64,000 nt of DNA from Spirochaetia bacterium (lineage in GTDB: Bacteria; Spirochaetota; Spirochaetia; UBA9216). A program made the translations under genes and the position numbers. Under the pieces are notes generated by a model that saw nothing but the letters and a program-made list of their open reading frames with translations, was not told the origin of the DNA and made no database searches. Shown piece by piece: positions 29,639-45,220 of this stretch (its first letter is position 1; each line of letters starts with the position of its first letter). The stretch covers positions 320,001 through 384,000 of the forward strand of contig OZ223272.1 in NCBI GenBank assembly GCA_965140585.1, read 5' to 3'.

Positions 29639-31708
29639 TTACCCCCAGAACGATTTTAACATAGGTGCGATAACAAGCGAAACCATAGACATCAATTTAA
29701 TGAGAATATTTATTGACGGTCCGGCTGTATCCTTAAACGGGTCACCGACAGTATCACCTACAACGGCAGCCTTATGAGCATCAGAGCCTTTTCCGCCGCT
29801 TCCGCCGGCTTCTATCATCTTTTTGGCATTATCCCAGGCACCGCCTGCATTTGACATAAAAATAGCAAGAACAACGCCTGATGCGGTTACACCGGTAAGA
29901 AGTCCGATAAGCATGTCAGGTCCGCCGGTAAAGCCTACAACAATTGGAGTCATTATTGAAACAACACCCGGCAGAATCATTTCCTTAAGAGCAGCCTGAG
30001 TACTGATATCAACACATCGTTTGTAGTCAGGTTCTTCTTCATCGTTAAGGATACCCGGTTTTTCTCTGAACTGTCTTCTAACCTCTTCAATCATCTTGTA
30101 GGCGGCTTTACCTACAGCATTCATCGCCATTGATGAGAAAAGATAGGGAATAACCGCACCAAGAAGAATACCGACAAGAACAGGAATATTTGTAAGGTCT
30201 ACACTGGATATGCCTGACTGTTCCTTGAACGAAGTAAAAAGGATGATTGCAGTGAGAGCTGCTGAGCCTATAGCAAAACCCTTTCCAATGGCGGCAGTAG
30301 TATTTCCAACCGCATCAAGATTATCGGTGATATCCCTTACCTCAGGCGGAAACTCCGACATTTCTGCAAGACCGCCCGCATTATCAGCAATAGGTCCGTA
30401 TGCATCAACAGCAAGCTGAATACCGAGTGTAATGAGCATACCTACTGCAGCAATACCAACGCCGTAAAGTCCGGCGAGTGCAAAACTTGTCCATATAGCT
30501 GCGCCTATAATAATGATTGCAGGAAAGGCACTTACCATTCCAACACCAAGCCCTGTGATAAGAGTTGTTGCGGGGCCTGTTTCACAGGATTTCATGATCG
30601 AAGTAACAGGTTTTGTACCTGTACCTGTGAAATACTCAGTCATAAGGCCAATAATAACACCGGCAGCAAGTCCAATTACGCATGATCCGAAAATATGGTA
30701 TATTCCGGCACCGCCATTAAAAGTAGCATCACCGATAAAGAATTTCAGTACTACAAAAGTCATTGCAGTAGCAAGAAGTCCTGCTCCGAAGGTTCCGGCA
30801 TTAAGCGCTTTCTGCGGATTCTTGCCGGGCTTGGTTCTAACAAACAAAGTACCAATAAGAGATGCAGCGACACCGACAGTAACCAGGATCAGCGGAAGAA
30901 GCATCATCTTAATCTTAAGTGCATCCTCTGCAACTATAGTAAGACCAAGAATCATTGAACCAGCAATTGAACCGACGAATGACTCAAAAAGGTCTGCACC
31001 CATTCCGGCAACATCACCGACATTATCACCTACGTTATCCGCAATAGTAGCCGGGTTACGTGGATCATCTTCAGGAATACCAGCCTCAACCTTTCCTACA
31101 AGGTCCGCACCGACATCTGCAGCTTTGGTGAAGATACCTCCGCCTACACGTGAAAAAAGTGCAATGGAAGACGCACCAAGCGAAAAACCTGTTACAATTG
31201 GAAGGATTACAGAGGAAAGAGTATCAACATCTTCACCAAACAGATTGGTTGTAACAACGAGAACAATAAAAAGTCCCATCAGTGCAAGACCTACAACACT
31301 CATTCCCATGACGCTTCCGCCCGAGAAAGCAACTTTAAGAGCACCGTTGAGCCCCTTATCTTTAGCTGCCTGAGTTGTTCTTGAGTTGGAAGCTGTCGCA
31401 ACCTTCATTCCGATAAACCCTGCAAGTGCAGAACAAAGCGCCCCTAATATAAAAGACAGAGACTGAAGCCTGATAGCACCCTTATTACCGATAGCAAGAA
31501 AAGCCGCTACCAGTACAACAAAAGGTACCAGAACCTTGTATTCTCTGCTTAAAAAGGCCATGGCTCCTTCAGCTACATATCCACCGATCTTCTTTAAGGT
31601 TTCATTGCTGACTTCCTGCCGGTAAATCCACCTTGATCTTAGAAGCGCATATGCAAGAGCCAGTAAGCTGCCTATAAGGACAGCATAAAGTACATATTGA
31701 ATTTCCAT
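29639..31708 (-). CDS. hppA: Membrane-bound ion-translocating pyrophosphatase, K+-dependent type (probably Na+-pumping)
   Basis: [54 protein letters not shown] (Ala, not Lys) marks K+-dependent enzymes. Confidence 0.95.
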   Translation of the reverse strand: MEIQYVLYAVLIGSLLALAYALLRSRWIYRQEVSNETLKKIGGYVAEGAMAFLSREYKVLVPFVVLVAAFLAIGNKGAIRLQSLSFILGALCSALAGFIGMKVATASNSRTTQAAKDKGLNGALKVAFSGGSVMGMSVVGLALMGLFIVLVVTTNLFGEDVDTLSSVILPIVTGFSLGASSIALFSRVGGGIFTKAADVGADLVGKVEAGIPEDDPRNPATIADNVGDNVGDVAGMGADLFESFVGSIAGSMILGLTIVAEDALKIKMMLLPLILVTVGVAASLIGTLFVRTKPGKNPQKALNAGTFGAGLLATAMTFVVLKFFIGDATFNGGAGIYHIFGSCVIGLAAGVIIGLMTEYFTGTGTKPVTSIMKSCETGPATTLITGLGVGMVSAFPAIIIIGAAIWTSFALAGLYGVGIAAVGMLITLGIQLAVDAYGPIADNAGGLAEMSEFPPEVRDITDNLDAVGNTTAAIGKGFAIGSAALTAIILFTSFKEQSGISSVDLTNIPVLVGILLGAVIPYLFSSMAMNAVGKAAYKMIEEVRRQFREKPGILNDEEEPDYKRCVDISTQAALKEMILPGVVSIMTPIVVGFTGGPDMLIGLLTGVTASGVVLAIFMSNAGGAWDNAKKMIEAGGSGGKGSDAHKAAVVGDTVGDPFKDTAGPSINILIKLMSMVSLVIAPMLKSFWG

Positions 31709-31870
31709 TTACAACTCCCGTATTACATTTACGTCGGAATATTATTAGCTTGCGGATATTTGTGCAATAGCTTGAACAAATATTCACTAAATTTAATGAT
31801 TTTTTGTTCATTGTTGCGGACATATGACCATTCTTGTCTAAAATCGAGTTTCAACATAAAATAATGTCCA

Positions 31871-32455
31871 ATGAAAAACTACCTAAAATCAGTCAATTTT
31901 TTAACCACTAAATCAGCTATAACTGTTGTAACAATTCTTTTTATAGTTATAGAAGTAGCCTTTGCAGTTCTAATGAACAGACTTGAAGCCGCCTGCGGAA
32001 CTTCACTCATACCTGACATGAAAATAGGCGTGACACCCCAGCAGCTTATAAGTTTGTTTGATGCATATAAAACAGATGGAACTGTCACTTACAGAATTAT
32101 TAGATCAATAGATTTTCTTTTTCCGGCAGTATATGCATTAATGCTTTCTATTATTCTAAATTTTATTTATCGTATAAAATACAGCGAACCGGCAAATTAC
32201 CGCTGGATTCTTCTTACTCCGTTATTCGGTGCAATCTTTGACTATACCGAAAATGTAACGCTGATAATATTAAATTTTTCACATAATTTAATCAATAATT
32301 ACAGTGCGATTATTCTAGGCGTATTCACAGCTTTAAAATTCATTCTGCTTGGCCTAAGTATATTTCTTGCTGTTACCGGCGCGATTTCCAACTTTAAAGG
32401 CAGCGACAGCGCCTTTTTGACTATGAATCCTTTCAGGAGAAATAAAAAAGATTGA
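31871..32455 (+). CDS. Hypothetical membrane protein (4 TM)
   Basis: Hydrophobic helices, DFLFP and FDYTEN; overlaps the next gene. Confidence 0.75.
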   Translation: MKNYLKSVNFLTTKSAITVVTILFIVIEVAFAVLMNRLEAACGTSLIPDMKIGVTPQQLISLFDAYKTDGTVTYRIIRSIDFLFPAVYALMLSIILNFIYRIKYSEPANYRWILLTPLFGAIFDYTENVTLIILNFSHNLINNYSAIILGVFTALKFILLGLSIFLAVTGAISNFKGSDSAFLTMNPFRRNKKD

Positions 32456-33357
32456 ATAGCAGTGTTTTATTTTTTAAAGCCGAGGATAATACTGAAATCT
32501 GTTATCACCTCTGTAAACCATCATTCCCGGTTAAAGCCCGCGGACTTATGATAATACTTCACGGTATGGGCGAATATAAGGAAAGATATCTATATACAGC
32601 ACAATATCTGTGCTCAAGAGGATTCATCTGTATAATTCCCGACTTAAGAGGTCATGGTGATTCAAAAGCAGAAAACACCTCTATTTCGAGTATTGTAAAT
32701 GATGTATATATTCTTCACACTCTAATAAAAAGCGAGTATCCCAAACTTACATTGCATATTCTCGGACACAGTTTTGGTTCTTTTATCACACTTCAGTATG
32801 CCGTCAATTACGGTACATCTTTAAACGGGATAATACTTTCCGGAACAGGCGGTATTTCCCAGTTAAAGACTTTCGCCGGACTGTTTATAGCCGGTCTGAC
32901 TGGCGGATGGTATAAGAGTAAAAAAAACAGTTTGCTCGTAAATTTTTTAAGCTTTGCTGATTTTAACCGCAGAATCAAACATCCGAAAACTTTTTTCGAT
33001 TGGATATGCTCCGATGAAAAGGTAGTTGAAGATTTTATTGAAAATCGCGGTCGGGGACTCGCAATGTACAGCTCTTCATTCTATTTGGACCTTATAGAAC
33101 TGATGAAAGAAATACATTCTTCAAAAAATCTGAAAAGAATCCCGGAGAATACATCAATCCTGCTTATATCCGGAACAGAAGACCCAGTAGGAAGATATGG
33201 TAAAGAGGTTAAAAAATTAGGCGACAGTCTACGTTCATCAGGAAACAATGATGTAACTATAAAAGTCTACAAAGGCGCCCGCCACGAAATACTGAATGAA
33301 CCTTTAAAAGATGAGGTTTTGGCTGATATTCAGGACTGGCTTAATATCCGCCTGTGA
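32452..33357 (+). CDS. Alpha/beta hydrolase, lysophospholipase/Hydrolase_4 family
   Basis: LHGMGEYKERY, DLRGHG, GHSFG nucleophile, SGTEDPV, ARHEILNE. Confidence 0.9.
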   Translation: MNSSVLFFKAEDNTEICYHLCKPSFPVKARGLMIILHGMGEYKERYLYTAQYLCSRGFICIIPDLRGHGDSKAENTSISSIVNDVYILHTLIKSEYPKLTLHILGHSFGSFITLQYAVNYGTSLNGIILSGTGGISQLKTFAGLFIAGLTGGWYKSKKNSLLVNFLSFADFNRRIKHPKTFFDWICSDEKVVEDFIENRGRGLAMYSSSFYLDLIELMKEIHSSKNLKRIPENTSILLISGTEDPVGRYGKEVKKLGDSLRSSGNNDVTIKVYKGARHEILNEPLKDEVLADIQDWLNIRL

Positions 33358-33362
33358 ATATT

Positions 33363-33701
33363 CTACTCCTCTGTAAATCTGACCGTTAGTGGCCATAAGA
33401 TAGTTCCAGGCAGCTGGTTTACATCAATATCAACACCTTCATCTGTCCATGCACCAGAGTATAATAACTCTTTTTCAGATCCAATACCCCATAGTTCGAC
33501 ATCATCCAGGGTTAAATCAGATTCTGCAGCTATTTCAGCTGTCACCATATTATCTGCACCATTATCTTTAGAGCCGTCACGGTATTCGAAAAATACAGTA
33601 TATTCAGTTTCATTAATTAAAAGAATTGAATTACCGGATAAATTGCATCCAAATAAAATAAATGATATAAGGATAAGAATTAATAAATTTAACTTTTTCA
33701 T
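33363..33701 (-). CDS. Hypothetical lipoprotein
   Basis: MKK, hydrophobic core and LFGC lipobox; GGAG RBS. Confidence 0.75.
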   Translation of the reverse strand: MKKLNLLILILISFILFGCNLSGNSILLINETEYTVFFEYRDGSKDNGADNMVTAEIAAESDLTLDDVELWGIGSEKELLYSGAWTDEGVDIDVNQLPGTILWPLTVRFTEE

Positions 33702-33839
33702 ATTTTTTCTCCAGGAATTATTTTAACTTCAATTAATAAATAAGTACAGTTCATTTTAGCGGTATTCAAATTCTAAGAATGATAGTCTCTTTTTTACTTT
33801 AACAGATCACAAAACTAAGCTACCAACTTTTTATTAAAT

Positions 33840-33914
33840 ATAAAAAAAGCCTGGCAGAGACGCCGAAGGCTTCTCCAATGACCGGAGAAAGTAGCGTTGC
33901 TACTATTTATTCTC
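33840..33914. repeat. Degenerate direct copy of the 5S rRNA 3' end interrupted by two hairpins
   Basis: ATAAAAAAAGCCTGGC is identical at 33840-33855 and 34052-34067. AATGACC and TATTCTC continue the match after two inserts. Confidence 0.7.
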
Positions 33915-34020
33915 AGCCATCCTTCCAGACTATCTATTATCTCTAAGCACTCAATTTTACTTGAGAACTTTCTCTGAAGTTTGGTGTTACCAAACTTCAA
34001 GTTCTTCTTAGGTCTTATAT

Positions 34021-34060
34021 TTTATTTTCGCAGAACAGAAGTTCTGTGAAAATAAAAAAA
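34021..34060 (-). terminator. rRNA operon terminator
   Basis: TTTATTTTCGCAGAAC-AGAA-GTTCTGTGAAAATAAA right after the 5S gene. Confidence 0.75.
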
Positions 34061-34170
<110 letters not shown>

Positions 34171-34351
34171 TAATTATTCAAAAATAATTTATCGAAATGG
34201 ATGTTTTACTCGCAGAGTAAAACTCCATTATGATTTTACAAAGTAAAATCATACAGGGATTGAGTATTGGGCACGATAGGTTGCTATTCACAGGACTCTA
34301 TAGTCCATGCAGCCTATTGGCTCAATTCTCTGGGAATTGATTAAGGGGAAA

Positions 34352-37343
<2,992 letters not shown>

Positions 37344-37530
37344 ATTACCTCTTAACCCTTCCCTATACTTATCCACTCCCTGTTATATGGATAAGTTTTC
37401 AAAACTGTATTATTTCAACAGTCTTTATCTATTTTAAAGAACAATGAAAACATAAGGTTTTCAGTATCTTGCCTACTTAAAGGCCCGAAAAAATCAGCTA
37501 TTACTTATAGAAGCAATAGCCTACTTAAAT

Positions 37531-37604
<74 letters not shown>

Positions 37605-37822
37605 ATTAAAGTACCAAAGCACTTTAAAGTATAAAAAAGGAAGAAAGAGAACGGAGATGCAGCAAGCTGCATCTCGGAAATATAGCAAGCTATATTTCGC
37701 TGTGTTGTTTTTGCCTAACAGGCTGTTTTTCCATGACTATTAAAGCGTTAAAGCTTGTAAACAAACTCTAAGCTAAGTTTTAAACCGAAGTTTTCTAACT
37801 TAGTCACGTTCCTTTCACATTG

Positions 37823-39360
<1,538 letters not shown>

Positions 39361-39540
39361 ATAATTTGCTAAACATAAAGTTCAGCAATTTTAATCCTAA
39401 CAATTGACGGTTCGCACTATCTACTATATTTCAAGTAGCTCAGTATCAAACCTACTTAACACAGGCTCTCTTTCCTTCCCTAATATCTGTTTTAGAACAA
39501 TGAACGCGACAATAACTCATCATTATCAGCGCGGAGGTAC

Positions 39541-39670
39541 ATACTACCAATTACCGTTATTTGTGTCAAGAAACGAAACCGTTATTCTCTGACTTTTCTC
39601 AGTCAGTTTCAAACAATTTGTTGTTCTGACGTGTGATGATGAATATATAGAAAAGGCCTTTTTATGTCAA
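39541..39670 (-). promoter_or_regulatory. Tandem rrn promoters P1 and P2
   Basis: TTGACA-N17-TATATT (39670-39642) and TTGACA-N17-TAGTAT (39569-39541). BoxA-like TGTTCT follows near 39495. Confidence 0.8.
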
Positions 39671-39837
39671 CAGAATCCTAAAAAATCTTTGATAAAATTC
39701 ACGAATTTATCAGTTTTTCTATTAAATTAAATTCTTTCAAAATAACCAGTTAGCTAAACACGAAAAAGCTAAAGTATGCTCAAAACTATGCCGAAATACA
39801 AGAATTTATGACCATATCACTTTGATAAAAATACCTG

Positions 39838-40332
39838 TCAAAATTCAGCATGAAGAGGGAGCTGCCAGTACCCTACATCTATCCACTTGCCAAACTTATA
39901 GCCGACTTCATAAATATGGCCGACTTTTTTAAAACCGTAACGTTCATGAAGTTTAACACTCTTTTCATTCGGTAAAGCAATAATTCCGGTAGCCGAATGA
40001 AAGTTCCGATGCTTCAGTTCTTCAAGCAGAGACTGCATAAGCGCAGAACCTGCACCCTGCCGCTGACGATCCTTATCAACATAAATTGAAAGTTCAACCG
40101 TAAACCGGTAAGCCTCACGGGGACGAAAACGGGCAGCATAAGCATAGCCGATAACCTCACCTTCATGTTCGTACACAAAATAAGGAAAGGTCTCTGAGAT
40201 ACCTGCTATCCTCGCCTGCATCTCATCGACTGTCAAAGATAGTTCTTCAAAGGTAATTACCGTATTTTCAACATAGTAATTATAAATACTGCAGATTCGT
40301 TCAGAATCTGCAGAAGTAACAGGTCGTATCAT
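39838..40332 (-). CDS. GNAT N-acetyltransferase (Pat/YncA/MddA-like)
   Basis: IYNYYVENTVITFE, GYAYA, ELSIYV, QRQGAG, LPNEKSVKLHE, GYKFGKWIDVGYWQ. Confidence 0.92.
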   Translation of the reverse strand: MIRPVTSADSERICSIYNYYVENTVITFEELSLTVDEMQARIAGISETFPYFVYEHEGEVIGYAYAARFRPREAYRFTVELSIYVDKDRQRQGAGSALMQSLLEELKHRNFHSATGIIALPNEKSVKLHERYGFKKVGHIYEVGYKFGKWIDVGYWQLPLHAEF

Positions 40333-41028
40333 TTACTTTTTCTGTCCGTAATAGGCACCGGGACCATGCTTCCTGAGGTAATGCTTATCAAGCAGCACCT
40401 GCTGCATCGGCTCAATACCGCCTTCGGTAAACAATGTGCAATGCCAGGCCATCATGGCGACTTCCTCAAGTACAACAGCATTTTCAACTGCATTCTTTGG
40501 TGATTTCCCCCATGTAAAGGGGCCGTGACTGTTCACAAGAACAGCGGGAATCTGATTAGGGTCAAGATCTTTAAATCTTTCTATAATTACGGTACCTGTA
40601 TTCTTTTCGTACTCAGTTTTAATTTCTTCAGAAGTCATTTTTCGTGTGCAGGGGATCTCACCGTAATAATAATCAGCATGAGTTGTTCCAAGGGCGGGAA
40701 CGCCTGCTCCGCACTGTGAAAAAATAGTCGCCCACCGGCTGTGTGTATGCACTATACCGCTGATATCACTGAATTCCTTGTACAGCTCAACGTGAGTCGG
40801 GGTGTCGGATGATGGATTAAGATCTCCTTCAACCTTTTTCCCGTCAAGATCCACAACAACCATGTCTGAAGCTTTCATATCAGAATAACTGACACCGGAC
40901 GGTTTTATAACAACAAGGCCTTTTTCCCGATCAATTCCGGAAACATTTCCCCATGTAAAGGTGATTAATTTATATTCAGGCAGCTCAAGGTTTGCCCTGA
41001 ACACTTCTTCTTTAAGTTCTTCTAACAT
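40333..41028 (-). CDS. araD: L-ribulose-5-phosphate 4-epimerase
   Basis: [38 protein letters not shown]...YYGQ. True start MLEELK at 41028 (231 aa) after GGAG. Confidence 0.95.
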   Translation of the reverse strand: MLEELKEEVFRANLELPEYKLITFTWGNVSGIDREKGLVVIKPSGVSYSDMKASDMVVVDLDGKKVEGDLNPSSDTPTHVELYKEFSDISGIVHTHSRWATIFSQCGAGVPALGTTHADYYYGEIPCTRKMTSEEIKTEYEKNTGTVIIERFKDLDPNQIPAVLVNSHGPFTWGKSPKNAVENAVVLEEVAMMAWHCTLFTEGGIEPMQQVLLDKHYLRKHGPGAYYGQKK

Positions 41029-41098
41029 AAGCACTACTCCTGTATTTTTTCCGAGTATAACATATTTCCTTGCCTTATAGATACTATCAGGGTTAGAA

Positions 41099-41116
41099 TA
41101 TGTTAACGTACACGCA
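41099..41116. promoter_or_regulatory. Predicted LacI-family (arabinose) operator 1
   Basis: TATGTTAACGTACACGCA directly after a TAGAAT -10; matches the two sites at 52767 and 52849. Confidence 0.65.
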
Positions 41117-41131
41117 AGGAACAGCTTCTCA

Positions 41132-42142
41132 ATGCCGAAAAAATTTGCATATATCGCATCAGCAATAATCGCCGCATTTATAATCATTAGTATCATACAG
41201 TGCAGAACTCTGACCGGAGTCCCGGAAACCGTTGATAACAGCGACGGCATAATTCTGGGCTTTTCACAGATTGGAGCTGAAAGCGCCTGGCGGAAATGCA
41301 ACACAGAATCAATTAAAAATGCAGCCGGAGAAAGCGGCGTCCAGCTGCTTTTTGAAAACGCCGAACAAAAGCAGGAGAACCAGATAAAGGCACTGCGCTC
41401 ATTTATTGCCTACCAGGTTGATGTAATAGCCTTCGTACCGATAGTTGCAACCGGATGGGATAATATTCTGATTGAAGCCAGGGATGCAGGCATTCCTGTT
41501 CTTATTACAGACAGAAAGATCAAAACCGCAGATGAAAATCTTTATGCCGGGTTTATCGGCACAGATAGTGAACAGGAAGGTCGGAATGCAGCTGCTTTTC
41601 TGATTAAAAAATTCGGACTGTATATAGAAGGAAACCGCACATCCGGGAAAAAGATCCGGGTTATTGAAATAACAGGAACCGAAGGTTCATCAGTAGCTAC
41701 CGGAAGAGCTTCCGGATTCAGAGACGGGATTTCAGAGCATCCTGAAATTGAGATTATCTACAGCATATCAGGAGACTTTCTTCGATCAAAGGGTTATGAA
41801 TTAATGGTTCAGATTCTTGAAAACATCGAGGACATAGACGTCCTGTACTCCCACAATGACGGCATGGCTCTGGGGGCCATCGATTCTATGCATGAGCGGG
41901 GAATTAAACCCGGAACGGATATTGTCATTATCAGCATAGACGCGGAACAGGCGGCCATAGATGCACTGGAACGAGGTGAAATCAACTGTGTTATTGAATG
42001 CAACCCTAAAACAGGCCCCGAAATTATATCACTTAGCCGGCAGCTGGCAAGGGGAGAAACAATTCCAAGGCTGATACATGTAAAAGAAGAGGTTTTTACC
42101 GAATGGGATGATTTATCCGCGCTTGTCCCAAGGGGTTACTGA
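41132..42142 (+). CDS. YtfQ-like sugar-binding protein, likely sensor partner of the adjacent kinase
   Basis: [49 protein letters not shown]. Confidence 0.9.
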   Translation: MPKKFAYIASAIIAAFIIISIIQCRTLTGVPETVDNSDGIILGFSQIGAESAWRKCNTESIKNAAGESGVQLLFENAEQKQENQIKALRSFIAYQVDVIAFVPIVATGWDNILIEARDAGIPVLITDRKIKTADENLYAGFIGTDSEQEGRNAAAFLIKKFGLYIEGNRTSGKKIRVIEITGTEGSSVATGRASGFRDGISEHPEIEIIYSISGDFLRSKGYELMVQILENIEDIDVLYSHNDGMALGAIDSMHERGIKPGTDIVIISIDAEQAAIDALERGEINCVIECNPKTGPEIISLSRQLARGETIPRLIHVKEEVFTEWDDLSALVPRGY

Positions 42143-42143
42143 G

Positions 42144-43610
42144 ATGAAACCCCCATCTGAAGCAGCAATATCAGCCGGAAAAAGAAAAACCGCAAGCATA
42201 AGACAGATACTGCAGAGCTCATACATCGTAATTATCTGCCTTATGCTCATAGCCCCGGTAATAAGCATTGCCTCAAGCTGGCTTCAGATTGCACGATATG
42301 ACAGAACTATAACAAACGTAAGCCAGACGAACAGACTGAACCAGATTGTAAAAACAGAGATTTCCAACGAAATATGGGATATCGTTGCAGGCAGCCGGGG
42401 ATTCGATGAAGGCAGGCAGTATGAAATACTCTACGACATAAGCCGCCGGCTTGATTTAATATTTAAAAATACAGAAATTACCGAAAACAGGAGAATGCTT
42501 GAAGTAGCAGGCCGGGCTCTGGATACACTGACCAGATACGTTGACAGGCTGGGGTACCAGATACAGGAGCAATATCCCGTAACCGAAAACGAAGAGATTC
42601 TGGATGAAATACGGGGCGTATCAGAGCTTATATCCGACATACTGCAGGAGTTCATAGTACTGGAAATTGAAGCAGCTTCAATTACAAATGAAAACATAAA
42701 GCAGATATCGGTTATGCTTTCCATCCTGCAAATAATGATAGTAATTTTTGTAATGCTTTTTTCCATTTTTACTCAGCGCTATGTATCAACAACCATAAAC
42801 CTTCCGATAAGAGAGCTCGAAAATTTATCCAGTGAGATTGCATCGGGAAACCTGGCCGCAAGAGCAGATCAGCCGCACGTAGAGGAACTGGATAACCTGA
42901 CTGAAAACCTGAATATCATGGCAGAGAAGATTAAGAAACTTATAGAAGCCAATATCGAGGAACAGAAAAACTTTCAGAAATCTGAAATGAAAGCGCTTCA
43001 GGCACAGATTACTCCGCATTTCCTCTATAATACTCTTGATACAATAGTCTGGCTGGCTGAAGGCCGCAGGCATGATGAGGTTATCGATGTTGCCAGAAAT
43101 TTTTCAAGCTTCTTCCGGACCACACTTAATAAAGGACGCGACTGGACCTCAGTCAAAAACGAATATGAACATGCCTGTAACTATCTTAGCATACAAAAGG
43201 TCCGTTACCGGGACATTCTGAACTATGAGATAGAATTCGATGAATCCATGATGCAGGAATCTATGCTGAAACTGCTTCTTCAACCCATAGTCGAGAATGC
43301 CCTGTACCATGGAATAAAAAACAAAAGAGGTCGCGGAAATCTTCTGGTCAAAGGATGGCGTGAAAACGGATTTCTACGCTTTCGGGTTGATGACGACGGT
43401 ATTGGAATACAGCCTGAGCGGCTTGAGGATATCAAGCATCAAATGAACAGCGAGGCGGATCATTCGGCCGTAGGTGATGTTTACGGGCTTTATAACGTGA
43501 ACAAGCGTCTTGAGCTTTACTACAATGGACGGGCGGCACTTGAAATTCAAAGTGAGTATTTAAAAGGGACTTCTGTTACTTTCAGGGTTCCGGAGGTTGA
43601 AAATGTATAG
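42144..43610 (+). CDS. YesM-type sensor histidine kinase
   Basis: Two TMs, HAMP, LQAQITPHFLYNTL, LQPIVENALYHG, DDGIG, YGLYNV. Confidence 0.93.
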   Translation: MKPPSEAAISAGKRKTASIRQILQSSYIVIICLMLIAPVISIASSWLQIARYDRTITNVSQTNRLNQIVKTEISNEIWDIVAGSRGFDEGRQYEILYDISRRLDLIFKNTEITENRRMLEVAGRALDTLTRYVDRLGYQIQEQYPVTENEEILDEIRGVSELISDILQEFIVLEIEAASITNENIKQISVMLSILQIMIVIFVMLFSIFTQRYVSTTINLPIRELENLSSEIASGNLAARADQPHVEELDNLTENLNIMAEKIKKLIEANIEEQKNFQKSEMKALQAQITPHFLYNTLDTIVWLAEGRRHDEVIDVARNFSSFFRTTLNKGRDWTSVKNEYEHACNYLSIQKVRYRDILNYEIEFDESMMQESMLKLLLQPIVENALYHGIKNKRGRGNLLVKGWRENGFLRFRVDDDGIGIQPERLEDIKHQMNSEADHSAVGDVYGLYNVNKRLELYYNGRAALEIQSEYLKGTSVTFRVPEVENV

Positions 43611-45195
43611 TGTATTTCTTGTTGAGGATGAGATAGTCACACGGGAAGGAATTAGAAACAGCATCCCTTGGGAAAATACCCGCTACACCCTTGCGGGAGA
43701 GGCCCCGGACGGAGAAATGGCCCTGCATGCGCTTAGAGACATCAAACCCGACATTCTGATCACCGACATTAAAATGCCATTTATGGACGGTCTGACCCTT
43801 GCCAGAATAATCAAAAAAGATCAGCCCTGGCTTAAAATAATCATTCTTTCCGGACATGATGAATTCCAGTACGCAAAGGAAGCAATCTCTATAGGGATTG
43901 AGGAATATCTCTTAAAACCCATATCTGCCGCGGAAATGATATCCACACTGGACAGAGTCGCAGACAGACTTACCGAGGAAAGACGAAGGCTGAATGATCT
44001 TGAAAATCTAAAAAAGAAAGTCAGTACAACAGAAGAGCTGATGAAAGAAAAATGGCTGAGTAGACTGGTCACAGGCCAGACCGATTCAGTCAATGCTATT
44101 GAAACTGCAATGGAATACGGGATAGACCTTATCAGCAGGGGATATGTATGCATGATAACCGAGTTTTATCCGGCCGGAGATGATTATTCAAAATACAGTC
44201 TTGCCCGAGAGGTCATAAATGCTACCCTCAATGGCCGATCCGATGTAATTTCATTTCCTCTGAGCCAGGCAAAGCAGATACTTCTGGTGAAAACAGCGGC
44301 TGAAACCCCGGATGACGGCCTCTATACACTGGCACAGGCGGTTAAGTTCGAAACTGAAAGAAAGACCGGATGCCCGGTTTCCATCGGCATAGGGACCAGA
44401 GCAGAGCACATCAGTGAAATAGTTTATTCCTACACTTCTGCAGACAGGCTGATCCGCTATATGAATATTTCAGGCAAGAGGAACATACTCGGGACAGATG
44501 ATTTAAACTGGGCAATGACTGTAAAGAAGCTTCAGGTAGAGAACGGACATCTCACCGGACAGCTTAAAAGCATCGATTTCGGGGATATTGAAGATTTCAC
44601 GCAATCGTACCTGAAGCTGACAGGAAACAGCGATAACCCTGATACTAACCGGAATTTTCTTTTCCTGCTTCTTAAGGATCTCATCGATTCAGTCTGCGAA
44701 CTGACAAAAGAAATTGGCGGCAGCCCGGCCGGGATAATCACGGAGCTTGATACACATGAAAAAATGCTTGAAGCTTCGGCTTCCGAATCAATTTTCAGGG
44801 GACAGATAAAATCGATGCTCGAGAGATGGATCAATTTCAGGAATTCGATTATCGGGAAAAAGCACAATATCCGGATCCAGGAAGCCAAGCAGTACATTAA
44901 AAAGAATTTCATGAGTCAGGACATCTCGCTTAACTCTGTCGCCTCTTTCGTAAATGTCAGCCCAAATCATTTCAGCACTATATTCTCACAGGAGGTCGGA
45001 AAAACCTTCATTGAGTACCTCACCGCCATCCGGATGGAACACGCCTGCAGGCTTCTTCTTGAAAGCAGTATGAAATGTTCCGACATTGCCTATGAAGCAG
45101 GATACAGCGACCCGCACTACTTCAGCTTTATCTTCAAGAAGAATATGGGAATCTCCCCAAAGGAGTACCGGTCATCCGCGGCAGTAAGAACCTGA
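43603..45195 (+). CDS. YesN-type response regulator (REC plus AraC HTH)
   Basis: LVEDE, TDIKMPFMDG, AGYSDPHYFSFIFKK. Confidence 0.93.
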   Translation: MYSVFLVEDEIVTREGIRNSIPWENTRYTLAGEAPDGEMALHALRDIKPDILITDIKMPFMDGLTLARIIKKDQPWLKIIILSGHDEFQYAKEAISIGIEEYLLKPISAAEMISTLDRVADRLTEERRRLNDLENLKKKVSTTEELMKEKWLSRLVTGQTDSVNAIETAMEYGIDLISRGYVCMITEFYPAGDDYSKYSLAREVINATLNGRSDVISFPLSQAKQILLVKTAAETPDDGLYTLAQAVKFETERKTGCPVSIGIGTRAEHISEIVYSYTSADRLIRYMNISGKRNILGTDDLNWAMTVKKLQVENGHLTGQLKSIDFGDIEDFTQSYLKLTGNSDNPDTNRNFLFLLLKDLIDSVCELTKEIGGSPAGIITELDTHEKMLEASASESIFRGQIKSMLERWINFRNSIIGKKHNIRIQEAKQYIKKNFMSQDISLNSVASFVNVSPNHFSTIFSQEVGKTFIEYLTAIRMEHACRLLLESSMKCSDIAYEAGYSDPHYFSFIFKKNMGISPKEYRSSAAVRT

Positions 45196-45220
45196 ATTTT
45201 AGCAAATGGTTCAACTTCTA

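Noticed and set aside
30513-31373. 286-aa ORF antisense to hppA
   Set aside because: Shadow frame of a highly conserved membrane protein gene.
41029-41304. 92-aa N-terminal extension of AraD in the ORF track
   Set aside because: It overlaps the divergent promoter and SBP gene; the RBS and family length support a start at 41028.
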